This document shows, one piece after another, positions 39,884-50,462 of a DNA stretch of 64,000 nucleotides. The position numbers were made by a program, and so were the translations under genes. Position 1 is the stretch's first letter. Each line of letters begins with the position of its first letter. The DNA comes from a virus, in IMG/VR virus record IMGVR_UViG_3300027779_000011, positions 1-64,000 of that record, one strand, 5' to 3'. Under the pieces are notes generated by a model. It was not told the DNA's origin, ran no database searches, and saw nothing but the letters and a program-made list of their open reading frames with translations.

Positions 39884-40177
39884 TAATAATAAAAAAAATA
39901 TAGAATATTTAGCACTCCATAAGTATTATGAATAATACATTTGATAATGGAGTGCTAAAATGGAAGATAAGTTTAAGATTAATTGGTCGGAAACTAAAAG
40001 TGGATGCAACACTGTATCCGTAACAGGGTACTCCTACCAAGTAGAGGCTTGGCAGTCTGATCTTCTAAAGACATACCCTGAGTCTAAACTCAATACTAAA
40101 GTTGTTTCAAATATAGAGCATAGTAATGGATTAGTCACCATAGCGGTGTCTAGAAGGATAAAGAAAGAGTAAATTAT

Positions 40178-40320
40178 TGGGATTCTAACCAGCATATAAA
40201 CCATTAAGACCAAACTAAAATGAATCCCGTTTAACAAGGATGGATTCAGCAAATTAAAAAAATGAAAAACCACACAGGAAGGCACAGGTGGTTCAAATAA
40301 ATAGGTGTCTATCCATCCTG
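40178..40320 (+). ncRNA. Two tandem stem-closed RNA elements sharing CAGCA after the 5' strand
   Basis: GGGATTC/GAATCCC (40179-40228) and AGGATGGAT/ATCCATCCT (40237-40319). Confidence 0.45.
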
Positions 40321-40342
40321 ACCCCCCAATATGGAGAAAATA

Positions 40343-41830
40343 ATGTCAAGCTTTATCAGATCCCTTCAGTCATCTGATTCAAAAACTGAAAACAATTGTG
40401 TAACACACTCATCTAGCTCTAGTCATTGTGTTGATTTGTTTTTTCAAATTGGAGCCAGTCGATCCATGTCTGAATCTGAAAAGAAGACTATTTTTGACAA
40501 AGCCTTCTTTGAAAATAAATCTGATGCCATGAAGATTCTTTTTTATGCTAGAGATATTCGCGGCGGGCAAGGAGAGAGGGCTACTTTTAAAACCCTTATG
40601 AGTTACGCGGCAGTAAACTATACAGGCTATGTTCGCAACCTTGTTCCTAAGATTCCAATTTATGGCAGGTGGGATGATTTATTCTGCCTTCTTAATACGC
40701 CCCTTGAGAATGACGCTCTCAATCTGATCGGAAGAACCCTAAGTTTGAACGATGACCGCAATAGCAGTAGGGCTGAGGCAGGACTCTGTGCAAAGTGGAT
40801 GCCAAGAGAGAAGTCTTCGAAAAAGGCTATTGCTCTAAAGATTAGGAAGCATATGGGTCTTTCTAGTAAAGCCTATAGGAAGCTTCTAGTGGCGAAGACT
40901 TATGTCGTGGAAACAAAAATGTGTTCTAAAGAATGGGGTTCAATCAACTATGAGGCTGTTCCATCCTTGGCCATGAAGAACTACGGAAAAGCTTTTATAA
41001 AAAACGATGGAGAGCGGTTTAATTCTTACGTATCAGATGTTTCATCTGGCGTAAAGTCTATAAACGCATCAACGCTATATCCGCACGATCTAATTAAAAA
41101 TATTATTGATAAGTTTATCGCGGGTCATAATGATGTAGACAGCAACATCCTGTCTAAAGATGAAGCTGCAATAGTTCAGGCTCAATGGGATAATCTTCCA
41201 AACTATCTAATGAATAATCCAGAGAGAATACTGCCAGTTGTGGATACATCTGGGTCCATGTACTCTTGTGAGTCTGGGCCTTCCCCTATCTCCGTATCTA
41301 TTGCACTTGGCCTGTATATAGCAGAAAGAAACAATGGGCCATTTAAGAATCACTTTATTACATTCTCTGAAAGCCCAGAGCTTCAGAAGGTTTATGGTCA
41401 GACGATAGTTCAGAAGGCTGTCAATCTAGGCTCTGCAAGCTGGGGGTTCAGAACTGATATTCACAAGGTGTTTGATACAATTTTGAACAAGGCCGTGTCC
41501 GAGAGTGTCTTTGATTATGATATGCCATCCACAATTCTAATCTTGTCCGATATGCAGTTTGATATGGCTTGTCGGTCTAATGCAACTGCAATGCAATCTA
41601 TCGCAGAAAAGTATAACGAACATGGTTATAGTATTCCGAAGATTGTTTTCTGGAATCTTAACTCCTCCGGTAATAATTATCCAGTTAAGTTTGATGAAAA
41701 CAATACTGCCTTGATATCTGGATTTAATCCAAGTATAATGAAAGCGCTCCTATCATGCGGTGAGTTTACTCCAATTAGTATTATGAGAGAAACCATAGAC
41801 TCAAAGAGGTATTCGGAAATTATAGTATGA
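40343..41830 (+). CDS. DUF2828-type helical + vWA protein (Ro/TROVE-like architecture)
   Basis: RDIRGGQGER, YGRWDDL, AKWMPRE, DTSGSM MIDAS, SDMQFD, IVFWNL, LISGF. Confidence 0.85.
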   Translation: MSSFIRSLQSSDSKTENNCVTHSSSSSHCVDLFFQIGASRSMSESEKKTIFDKAFFENKSDAMKILFYARDIRGGQGERATFKTLMSYAAVNYTGYVRNLVPKIPIYGRWDDLFCLLNTPLENDALNLIGRTLSLNDDRNSSRAEAGLCAKWMPREKSSKKAIALKIRKHMGLSSKAYRKLLVAKTYVVETKMCSKEWGSINYEAVPSLAMKNYGKAFIKNDGERFNSYVSDVSSGVKSINASTLYPHDLIKNIIDKFIAGHNDVDSNILSKDEAAIVQAQWDNLPNYLMNNPERILPVVDTSGSMYSCESGPSPISVSIALGLYIAERNNGPFKNHFITFSESPELQKVYGQTIVQKAVNLGSASWGFRTDIHKVFDTILNKAVSESVFDYDMPSTILILSDMQFDMACRSNATAMQSIAEKYNEHGYSIPKIVFWNLNSSGNNYPVKFDENNTALISGFNPSIMKALLSCGEFTPISIMRETIDSKRYSEIIV

Positions 41831-42180
41831 GAAGTTTATTCATATTAACCTCATTAATATTATCTGCTTGCAGCGTTAAGCATGTTTCCTTTTACCCAAC
41901 GAGTAGCCCATGTGTTGACTCTATGTCTGCAAACTTTTCTTATGCTAAGTGTTCGTCAATTCATCAGAGGGTAGAGGTTTCATTAAGTGACCCGGCACAC
42001 CCACTTATGGAGCTATCTTGCGTAGAGCCAAGATTTGAAACAGAGTGGACAAAAAACGTATTCTACATTATGAGCACAGAAACACAGGGATATGTGGCAG
42101 ATGTATTGCTGCCAATCTGTATGGATACTAATTCCATGATTTTTGTAAAAATAAATACCGGGAAAAGCACCGAAGAATAA
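41827..42180 (+). CDS. Putative lipoprotein, paralog of 63012-63317
   Basis: LSAC lipobox; F.PT...C.D...AN..C..EW..N.F..PIC.D shared. Confidence 0.65.
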   Translation: MRSLFILTSLILSACSVKHVSFYPTSSPCVDSMSANFSYAKCSSIHQRVEVSLSDPAHPLMELSCVEPRFETEWTKNVFYIMSTETQGYVADVLLPICMDTNSMIFVKINTGKSTEE

Positions 42181-42185
42181 AGTTT

Positions 42186-42261
42186 TCCCCTGTAGCTCAG
42201 TTGGTAGAGCAGGTGACTGTTAATCACCGGGTCGTAGGTTCGAATCCTGCCGGGGGAGCCA
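42186..42261 (+). tRNA. tRNA-Asn(GTT)
   Basis: Canonical cloverleaf, CTGTTAA loop, CCA. Confidence 0.93.
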
Positions 42262-42270
42262 TTAATCATT

Positions 42271-42816
42271 ATGAACGAATATGTAGTATCAGTAAAAGAA
42301 ATACACTCGGCGCACTACTCTGTTCCTGCCAACAGTCAGCAAGAGGCTATTCAGAAAGTTTTAGACGGTGACACTTCCATAAAATATATAGATTTGGAAT
42401 TTGAAGATACGATGGGCGAAGAAACATGGGGTGTGAACATGGAAAGACCTATAGATGGTATTCCATCGGTAAAAAAAATTAACGACAAATCAATAGATAT
42501 ACAAGGAACATGCTTTCAGGGTGGCTTTGTTGCCACCTATGATAAAATAGTTAGCAAGATCGGACCACCGCATATCAGTTATGACGGATATAAGACAGAT
42601 GCAGAATGGGCCATAGAGTTTGAAGATGAAACTATTGCTACAATATATAACTGGAAGGATGGAAAAAACTACCGAGGAGAAGATGGCCTTGAGGTAGGGG
42701 ATATTACTGAGTGGCATATTGGCGGAGAAGTGGGGAATGTTGTAGAATGGGTTACTGATCTTATAAAAGATTCGTGGCCAGTTTTTGATGAAGTTAGGCG
42801 AAAAGCGAAGGCGTAA
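42271..42816 (+). CDS. Hypothetical phage protein
   Basis: GT..QG..KTDAEW..ATIYNWK..WHIGG. Confidence 0.7.
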   Translation: MNEYVVSVKEIHSAHYSVPANSQQEAIQKVLDGDTSIKYIDLEFEDTMGEETWGVNMERPIDGIPSVKKINDKSIDIQGTCFQGGFVATYDKIVSKIGPPHISYDGYKTDAEWAIEFEDETIATIYNWKDGKNYRGEDGLEVGDITEWHIGGEVGNVVEWVTDLIKDSWPVFDEVRRKAKA

Positions 42817-42870
42817 GATACTAATTAAAAGCGTTTGTGCAGATAGCCTATCACCATACTCGGGTCTTTA

Positions 42871-43620
42871 ATGATAAATTTTTTTAAAATATATGATAAT
42901 GCCATACCAGATGTATTTTGCGATGAGGCAATATCTTTCTTTGAAGAACATGGAAACCTAACTGAGGACGGCATTGTTGCTGGCTCTAAAGAGTCTTATA
43001 AAAAAATAAAAAAAGTAGCAAAGAACACTATAGAGCTAGACCTGAGTTCACTTCTTAATAACAGAGGTGCAGATGAATACCAAGATATAAAGAAACTTCA
43101 CGACATTTTTAATAAACACTCTATAGAGTATAGCTCTAAATATTTATATGATGACAACTATATAGAAGAAGGGGATCATTCAAATTGGAATGACATAGTG
43201 GAATATTTAAAATCAAGGGACAGTCTTTTCTCAAACAGAAATGTTAAGATTGGAAATTTTTTACCCGATGTGGAAAAAATAGTTACTTCTGGATATAGAA
43301 TAAAAAAATATAACAAAAACTCTGGATATTATAACTATCATTCAGATCCGGCATGGGCCGAGGTAAGCCTTGGAGAGAACAGGTGGAGAGTTGGAGAGGG
43401 GGAGTATCTATCGAACATAAGGTTTCTCTCTGTTATAATGTATCTCAACACTGTGGACGATGGTGGCGAAACCACATTTCCTTTAATACCAATAAAAATA
43501 AAGCCGGTAAAAGGAAGAGTCGCAGTATTTCCAACTCATTGGACATACCTACATAAAGCAGAACCTCCAATGTCTAGTGATAAATATAGCATGAATACAT
43601 TTGTTAGTATAGTGGTATAA
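42871..43620 (+). CDS. 2OG-Fe(II) oxygenase (prolyl hydroxylase-like)
   Basis: H-S-D, YLN...GGET.F, FP..WT..H, KY. Confidence 0.85.
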   Translation: MINFFKIYDNAIPDVFCDEAISFFEEHGNLTEDGIVAGSKESYKKIKKVAKNTIELDLSSLLNNRGADEYQDIKKLHDIFNKHSIEYSSKYLYDDNYIEEGDHSNWNDIVEYLKSRDSLFSNRNVKIGNFLPDVEKIVTSGYRIKKYNKNSGYYNYHSDPAWAEVSLGENRWRVGEGEYLSNIRFLSVIMYLNTVDDGGETTFPLIPIKIKPVKGRVAVFPTHWTYLHKAEPPMSSDKYSMNTFVSIVV

Positions 43621-43627
43621 TGTTTTT

Positions 43628-44488
43628 ATGGAGATTGACGTGTCACATGATGTAATAATTCCAATGGTATGTAGCGAAAACTACTTAGAAAAAGCCTTTT
43701 CGTTGATAAACTCAATTGAGGATAACTCTGGTCTTGACTACAAAATACACCTACATCTTGTAGGTATACCCCCTTCCGTAGTGGTGACTCTTTCTAATAA
43801 ATACAAAGTAAGTATGGATAAAGTTGAGTGCTTTTATGACTTTCCAGAAATAGTTGCTGCGAAAAAGAGACTCAGGGTTAACCCAGTCTTTGGTGGTAAC
43901 ATATACACAAGATTCTCCGCCTACTGTGCTAACTCAAGGGTGCTTGATTTCAAAAAGCTATTAGACAGAGGCGAGAAGAGAATATTATATATGGACGTTG
44001 ACTCTATAGTTCGCTCATCTTTAGAGGATTTATACTCAATAACAGATGACAATGACCTGTCAATGCATCTTAGAAACTGCCTGGACTTTCCCTTTAGATC
44101 TCATAATATGTTAAACCCAGGAGGCTGTGCTGCTGGAATAATAGGGATTAGGAACAGTCCAGAATCAGTTGACTTTGTAAACAAATGGGCGGGGCTTTTA
44201 ATGTCGGACGATCGGCTTTTGCACTGGTATTCTGAACAAAATACAGCTAATCATTTGATTGTAAATAATTTTTACAATATGAAAAAAGCTATAACCGCAG
44301 GAAAAAGAATCTTTGCGGGCAATAGAGGAAGCTTCAAAAGGGAGAACCCTGCTTTAAAAGTCTATGATTTGGAGAAAAAGTTTATAGACTGGGATTTTCA
44401 CAAAGATAGCCCGATTTGGGTTGGCAAGGGAAAGAAAAAAGGGTATGAGCAATACCAGATAGAAGAATTATCATATCTTCGTCAATAG
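43628..44488 (+). CDS. GT-A fold glycosyltransferase
   Basis: ILYMDVD DxD motif, AG.I, EQ, IWVGKG. Confidence 0.7.
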   Translation: MEIDVSHDVIIPMVCSENYLEKAFSLINSIEDNSGLDYKIHLHLVGIPPSVVVTLSNKYKVSMDKVECFYDFPEIVAAKKRLRVNPVFGGNIYTRFSAYCANSRVLDFKKLLDRGEKRILYMDVDSIVRSSLEDLYSITDDNDLSMHLRNCLDFPFRSHNMLNPGGCAAGIIGIRNSPESVDFVNKWAGLLMSDDRLLHWYSEQNTANHLIVNNFYNMKKAITAGKRIFAGNRGSFKRENPALKVYDLEKKFIDWDFHKDSPIWVGKGKKKGYEQYQIEELSYLRQ

Positions 44489-44493
44489 TATTC

Positions 44494-44570
44494 ACACCCT
44501 TAGCTCAGCTGGATAGAGCAACAGATTCCTAATCTGTAGGTCACAGGTTCGAATCCTGTAGGGTGTACCA
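44494..44570 (+). tRNA. tRNA-Arg(CCT)
   Basis: Canonical cloverleaf, TTCCTAA loop, CCA. Confidence 0.92.
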
Positions 44571-45291
44571 TTTAAATAGAATTATTTATTACTATAAAGT
44601 ATAATCAAAAAGGAGAATATAATAGTGAAAAAATATCAAAGTGGCAGTAAGTCTCAAAGGCAAAACCAACACACCAAAAAGCTTATTTCTAAGATAAAAA
44701 AGTTTAACTCTAAGGGAAAAAGCGTATCTGGTTTGGAAAAGGAGCTTGGGTATATGATGGGCGAAGAGAGGCCGAAATTTGCCACTGGACAAGGCGTGGG
44801 TGTGGGAAAAAAGAAATATGGAGAATAACCTTTTAAAAACACCAGATCTTAGAAAGATGGAGTCTCTTGAGAGGGCTGTAGATAATTGGGAAATTTTTGT
44901 TCAAACCTTTCGATCTTTTGTAGCTCTTTTGGTATTATGGACAATCGGAAGCTTTGTTGGCTGGATAATAAACTTAATATAAAAAATGGAGAATGAAATG
45001 GAAATTTATGTAACTATTAGAGCTGGAGAGGGAGTTGTGAATATTCTTTGCCAGGGGATTCAAAAGGATGAACTCGTAGAGGGTAATGTTGTACTTGTGG
45101 GGTGCAAAAGCTTTTCGTTAAATGTAGACGAAACATCTAGATTTGCAGCAGATCATGTTAGCCTTAGAAGTTCAGATATCGTATCCTACGTAACTGGCAC
45201 TCTTGAGTCAACGGATCAAGCACAGCATCAGGACATGGCCCAAGAAGAACCCGATTCTGAATAGTCTTTTAATAAAAAGTTTTAAATATAT

Positions 45292-45340
45292 ACCCCTTTC
45301 GGCAGAGGCAACCAACCCCTCTTCTCGGAAGGGGTTTTTT
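45292..45340 (+). terminator. Intrinsic terminator
   Basis: ACCCCTT..AAGGGG stem plus T6. Confidence 0.55.
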
Positions 45341-45379
45341 ATTCTGCTAATTTTATATCCTTTTTAAGGATGTTGCACA

Positions 45380-46537
45380 ATGAATATAGAAGATTATAAA
45401 AAAGTATATTCTGCTTTAAAATCAAAGGATGGTTTACTATCGTCAATTGATGATGTAATTGTAAAGCTTAATATAAAGTGTTACGATGCTGCCAAGCAAG
45501 CAATATTCGATGTAAGCCATAACAAGATGGTTATAAAGAAAGCAGAAGATGACTCAAAAAAATGCAGCTCCCTAAGGGAGTGCTTATCCTATGGCTCATA
45601 CATAGGTATAGTTCTTTCTTACCGTAAGCCGGATTTTTTAGATCTTTTCATAGAAGAGAATGAGGCTGTGCTTTCTAGGTTTCCAATTAAGAAATTCTTA
45701 GGCTCCGGTCAGGTTGGCGATGTATGGGAACTTGAAGATAATAAGATACTTAAAATATTTGATAACAGTGTTCAGAATGATATTGCCAAATATGAGCAAG
45801 CAAGGGAGGCGACAGGTGATCATGATGCTCCCAGTTATGATATATCTATATATGAATTAGGAAGGCTAAAGGTGCCTGATAAATACTTTGGAATAAAGAC
45901 ACCAAGCTTTTCTTATATAGGTCGCAATCCAGAAGATAAGCCGGAGTATGCGCCAGCATATGTTATACTCGAAAGGCTTACGACATATAGTGGGATAGTA
46001 AGGACATATACAAGAGGACTTGAAGGCTCATCTATTCTTCCAGAGCCTCTTGTTAAGTCTGGTCTGCCCAATGATAAATCATTTCAGGATGCAATACTTG
46101 GTAATGATAATCCGGATTTTATAGTAGATATATTTATGACATACATAGGGGATATTATAATACAGGGAAGTATCCGAGGCTGGTACGATAATACGACTAG
46201 TAACTATTCTGGAAGAGTCTATCCAATGGATCTCGACTCTATCCTATCTCAAAAATCTGGGTTACCATTCTTAGATAGACGGCAAAAGATATCCGCTTTG
46301 GCGAAAATGTATATGGAAGAGGTTTCCGCTGATCCATGGCAGCTTCCAGAACCTAAATTCTTTAATGCTTACATGTCAATATTGAAGTCAGCAAAGCCTG
46401 ACCTTCCAGATGACTGGCTATTTAGATTAGCAGAGTCTACTATATCAAAACTTGAGCTTGGTCATAAAGATGTTCATACTGGAAATGTAGGGATAAGAGC
46501 AGAGGGCGACTTAAGCTTTGTATATTACGACAGCTAA
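45380..46537 (+). CDS. Protein-kinase-like fold protein
   Basis: LGSGQVGDVW..ILKIF; HKDVHTGNVG..YYD. Confidence 0.65.
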   Translation: MNIEDYKKVYSALKSKDGLLSSIDDVIVKLNIKCYDAAKQAIFDVSHNKMVIKKAEDDSKKCSSLRECLSYGSYIGIVLSYRKPDFLDLFIEENEAVLSRFPIKKFLGSGQVGDVWELEDNKILKIFDNSVQNDIAKYEQAREATGDHDAPSYDISIYELGRLKVPDKYFGIKTPSFSYIGRNPEDKPEYAPAYVILERLTTYSGIVRTYTRGLEGSSILPEPLVKSGLPNDKSFQDAILGNDNPDFIVDIFMTYIGDIIIQGSIRGWYDNTTSNYSGRVYPMDLDSILSQKSGLPFLDRRQKISALAKMYMEEVSADPWQLPEPKFFNAYMSILKSAKPDLPDDWLFRLAESTISKLELGHKDVHTGNVGIRAEGDLSFVYYDS

Positions 46538-46538
46538 G

Positions 46539-47276
46539 TTATAAATTTCTTACTATTGTATCTATCTGCCTAAAGGGGCTTATTAATTCTCGCGGAAAGG
46601 GTGGCGATGATCGATGATGTGCAACTAAGTCCCCCCATAATTCATTAAAATGCCTTCTGATGCCTTCATAATTCTTTTTTGAAATCAGCCTAAGCATCTT
46701 GCCTACGGCGGGAGGCAGATCACCTTCTTCGTATGCAGAGATTAACTTGCCCGCTACCGAGTCAGGACGGCCAAGGAAGTCTGTGCCACCCGCGCCAGCC
46801 ATTAACCTGAAAATAGGATCTTCTTCTCCGCGCTGAACCATGTAGTAAATGGTCGCATCGACATACTCTTCAAAGTTTTTCTGCGACATTGGTTCAATTT
46901 CAGAATATTTATCTGTGGCAGCCTCTTCCTCAAAGCTTACCGGCTCTTGTAATGATAGGGCAGGCGTTTCTTCTTGCGATTGTTCGACACCCATTTGTTC
47001 TAAGTTTTCCTCTTCCTCATTTGTAATCCTGCGTTCCGGCGGCCTCTCCGGTTGTATAGATGGAGAGAGGTATGAGTCTAGGGGCGACCATAGCCTTCTC
47101 TCTGTACCCTCCTCTAAATTGTCCTCTGGGCGTGTTGACGGGGGAAGTATTAACCCACTATTAGGCCCACCTACGATTACTCCCGGTCCAACTGCCGCTA
47201 TCTTTTGAAGCTCTTTATAGTTTCTATATGAAGCTATTTTGAACATGTATCTCTTGCTTAGGGCTATTCTTTTCAT
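46539..47276 (-). CDS. Hypothetical protein
   Basis: 245-aa ORF, AGGA SD, TACTAAT upstream. Confidence 0.65.
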   Translation of the reverse strand: MKRIALSKRYMFKIASYRNYKELQKIAAVGPGVIVGGPNSGLILPPSTRPEDNLEEGTERRLWSPLDSYLSPSIQPERPPERRITNEEEENLEQMGVEQSQEETPALSLQEPVSFEEEAATDKYSEIEPMSQKNFEEYVDATIYYMVQRGEEDPIFRLMAGAGGTDFLGRPDSVAGKLISAYEEGDLPPAVGKMLRLISKKNYEGIRRHFNELWGDLVAHHRSSPPFPRELISPFRQIDTIVRNL

Positions 47277-47346
47277 TTTTCTATTCCTACATTTATTAAA
47301 TGAATATTAGTAAATTTATGACTTTTTGATCGGGAGAAAAAGCTCT

Positions 47347-48009
47347 TCAACTTTTACCCCTATGCTTCATAATATTATGCATATTATTCTTATTTACATC
47401 TAAGAACTCCTTTATGTGTATTTCCTTTTCTGAGTCATCAGAGTTGAACCATATCCATGGATATTTTGTCTTATAATCATCTATTTCTTTTTGGATGCTC
47501 GAAAGATTTATTTTAATTTTTGATATGCTTATATCACTCAACTCAGGAATATCAATTTTAAGTTCACTTGCTATTTTTATTATTTCTAAATAATCTGAAC
47601 TCGTTACAGCGTTTTGGGTTTTACTATATAATACCTTGTATGCTTCCTTAGTATCACCATCCTCTTTCATTATTTTATCTGGATGAATCTTTAAAACTAT
47701 TTTTTTATATATTTTCTTCATATCTTCGGATAAGCTGTTTTTACTTTTAGATATCTCTACGCTCTCACTCCGTTCTTCATCACCTTTATCACGCCCCACT
47801 GTGTCATTCTGTCTTGAATCTTCAGAGAAATCTTCTCTACACATACTAGGTTCGTCTTCTATAATATTATTTTCTTCAACGTATTTAAACACCTCTTCTA
47901 AAAAAGTATTTTCATATTTTTCGTATAATGTTATAGAGTCTTCTAACTCCATTCGAAGTATCTCGTACTCCAGCATTATCTTTTTAGTCTTTCTTAGTGA
48001 GTATTCCAT
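47347..48009 (-). CDS. J-domain-containing protein
   Basis: KKIYKKIVLKIHPDK (HPD motif). Confidence 0.7.
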   Translation of the reverse strand: MEYSLRKTKKIMLEYEILRMELEDSITLYEKYENTFLEEVFKYVEENNIIEDEPSMCREDFSEDSRQNDTVGRDKGDEERSESVEISKSKNSLSEDMKKIYKKIVLKIHPDKIMKEDGDTKEAYKVLYSKTQNAVTSSDYLEIIKIASELKIDIPELSDISISKIKINLSSIQKEIDDYKTKYPWIWFNSDDSEKEIHIKEFLDVNKNNMHNIMKHRGKS

Positions 48010-48915
48010 TTTTTACTTCCAGAATTATTAATGATTATATGTAATATAGTAATATTATAAACAAAGGAATCTAAAATGAAAGAAAAGAATAAAAAAAATA
48101 TATTATCAAGATCAGCTTCATGGCTGGCTATATTCGTTGACGAATCATTACCAAGGTTTTTCTCAAGACTATTTTGTGTAATGGGACATATCTTTTCGGC
48201 ATTACTAATAATGATTTTAATATTTTTATTTTGCTTTATGGCTATAGATTATATTCTAGGGTAGAGTCACTACACTTATTGCCCAGATTCTGATAATTTG
48301 GAGAAAAGGAAATATCTTCTTCTATATAAATATATTCCAATCTATCTGGCGATATTGGGATTATAACTTCTCCAATGTCAAAGCCTTCGTTGTTATAAAT
48401 ATAAAACACTAAAAACAATATTATTGATAAAGATATATGAAAAATTTTATTATTGAATCTCATAATGTTATTAACACCTACACATCATTACTTACTATTA
48501 TTGAGCAATATTCATAGAATGAATAATTCTATATTAAACTATACAGATAATGATAGGAGTAATGTTTCTTGGCTAACTTAACGATCACAACTCTACTGCT
48601 TTTCTTGAACTTGCTTTTTGTGGCAATACTAATCGCAAGAGGATTTCTTAAAAAAGAAATATTGCCAGAAAAGATAGATATGTTAAATGAAAGAATCCTG
48701 ATACTATCTTCAAAAATAGACCATCTTGATAAAAGAATCGACTCTCAGGATAAAAAAATAGAAAGTGTGGAGGGCATCATGGCGATTATGGCTAATTCCC
48801 AATACCTTCTATACCCTGATGATTATTCTAATTAGCTATTCTTGAAAAAAGGTTAATATATTTTTTCAATACCATATACCAGTGTCAAAGCAACCCAGGA
48901 GGGGCGTAATGCCAA

Positions 48916-49275
48916 GTGTACTACAAGGCTCGTAAAATTGCATTAAATAACAACCATGATTACCACCTAGCCGCATTTGCAAAAAAAGGTGGCGGGTTTG
49001 TGTTTGGGACAAATAGTGATAAGTGTTCTGCAAAATTCAGAAGAACTCATCCAGATGGAAGTGTCGGGTATCATATGCACGCAGAAATGGCTTTGATTAA
49101 TAAGTTTAGCACCGGCTCGCTTTATGAAATACATGTGGCAAGGTTCAAAAAAAATGGAGATATGACTATGGCAAGACCATGCCTGTATTGTCAAAGGTTT
49201 CTTAAGAAGCATGGGGTAAAGAGGGTTCACTATACAGATTGGAACGGAGAATGGACCTGTATGAGAATTAAATGA
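48916..49275 (+). CDS. Zinc-dependent cytidine-deaminase-fold protein
   Basis: HAE..ARPCLYC. Confidence 0.8.
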   Translation: MYYKARKIALNNNHDYHLAAFAKKGGGFVFGTNSDKCSAKFRRTHPDGSVGYHMHAEMALINKFSTGSLYEIHVARFKKNGDMTMARPCLYCQRFLKKHGVKRVHYTDWNGEWTCMRIK

Positions 49276-49611
49276 AAAATTTTTTCCTAATCACAAGGAT
49301 TTATTTATCAAACTCTTTTGATATATTGTTTAATACATTTTTTATCTTAGTAGCGAAACTCCTTGGCAATCTTGACTCATATAAAGACTTTTACTGTTCA
49401 GCTATAATAAATGGGTTTGATCATGATCTCATTCCGGAATTATTAGAAGACCAGAAGATAAACTTAGAAGAGTGCGAAGATATTATTTATATTGCCATTT
49501 TATATAACACTATTCCGTTAGTAATTTTTCCGTCAATTAGGAATGAGGTTTTCGACAAGTGTTCTGAATCAATGATAAGAAAGTTTAGATGGAAATATCT
49601 TTCCAGATAAA

Positions 49612-49687
49612 AACAATGTAGCTCAGTTGGCAGAGCGGCTGATTTGTAATCAGCAGGTCGTAGGTTCGACTCCTATCAATGGCTCCA
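49612..49687 (+). pseudogene. tRNA-Thr(TGT) with defective acceptor stem
   Basis: D, anticodon and T arms and CCA intact; 5' AACAATG pairs at only 4 of 7 positions with CAATGGC. Confidence 0.65.
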
Positions 49688-49725
49688 CAATGGAATAGAT
49701 TTGCAGAAGCAGTAATCAATATTTT

Positions 49726-49802
49726 GCACCCGTAGCTCAGCTGGATAGAGCATCGGCCTTCTAAGCCGAGGGTCATAGGTTCGAATCCTATCGGGTGTGC
49801 CA
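49726..49802 (+). tRNA. tRNA-Arg(TCT)
   Basis: Canonical cloverleaf, CTTCTAA loop, CCA. Confidence 0.93.
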
Positions 49803-50462
49803 TTTAAAAAAGGAATAGTTATGACAAATGAAATTGCATTAAATAAATGGTTAGAGTATAACAATGTTCAGCCAGAAGATTTAGATGAAGTTGTGCATGA
49901 TGCAGCAGCTTCAATGGCTTCAAACGCAAGTAATGAAGGATTGTCCGGACAGATTGATTTCTTGAAAATTATTGCCGGATGGAGTGATCAGGATATCAAA
50001 GAAGCAATTGATCCTTGACTTATAAAATTTAATCGGATACATACAAATGAGGCTATTGATCCTTCTACTACCACTATCTATAGGATGCTCTTCGGCAATC
50101 GCTTATGATGTTCCAGAGCAAAAAGGATGCGTAATCGACAGGTGTAATGACAAAATATGTTCTGTCGAAACACCAGAGGGATGGGTGGAAATCAGCAGAA
50201 AGCGTGACTACTATGAGGGTAAGAGAATTGCTTGCCCAACATGGCTGGTGGAACCTACATAAAAATTTATTGGGGGGCCGGAGAGTAATTAACTCTGGTA
50301 AAAATGTGATGGAAACAAAGAGTGTCATGTTTCTTTTAATTGCTGAAAAGTCAAACCGTACAGGCTGAGGGTGCTTCTTATAATAACAGCAAAGCCAATA
50401 AGCATCTGTAACAACCTCACTACCCCTCATATTTTTGATATACTTATATTGAAATATATAGT

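Noticed and set aside
50346-50400. c-di-GMP-I riboswitch (GTCAAACC..GCAAAGC)
   Set aside because: The GNRA tetraloop/receptor and expected spacing were not found
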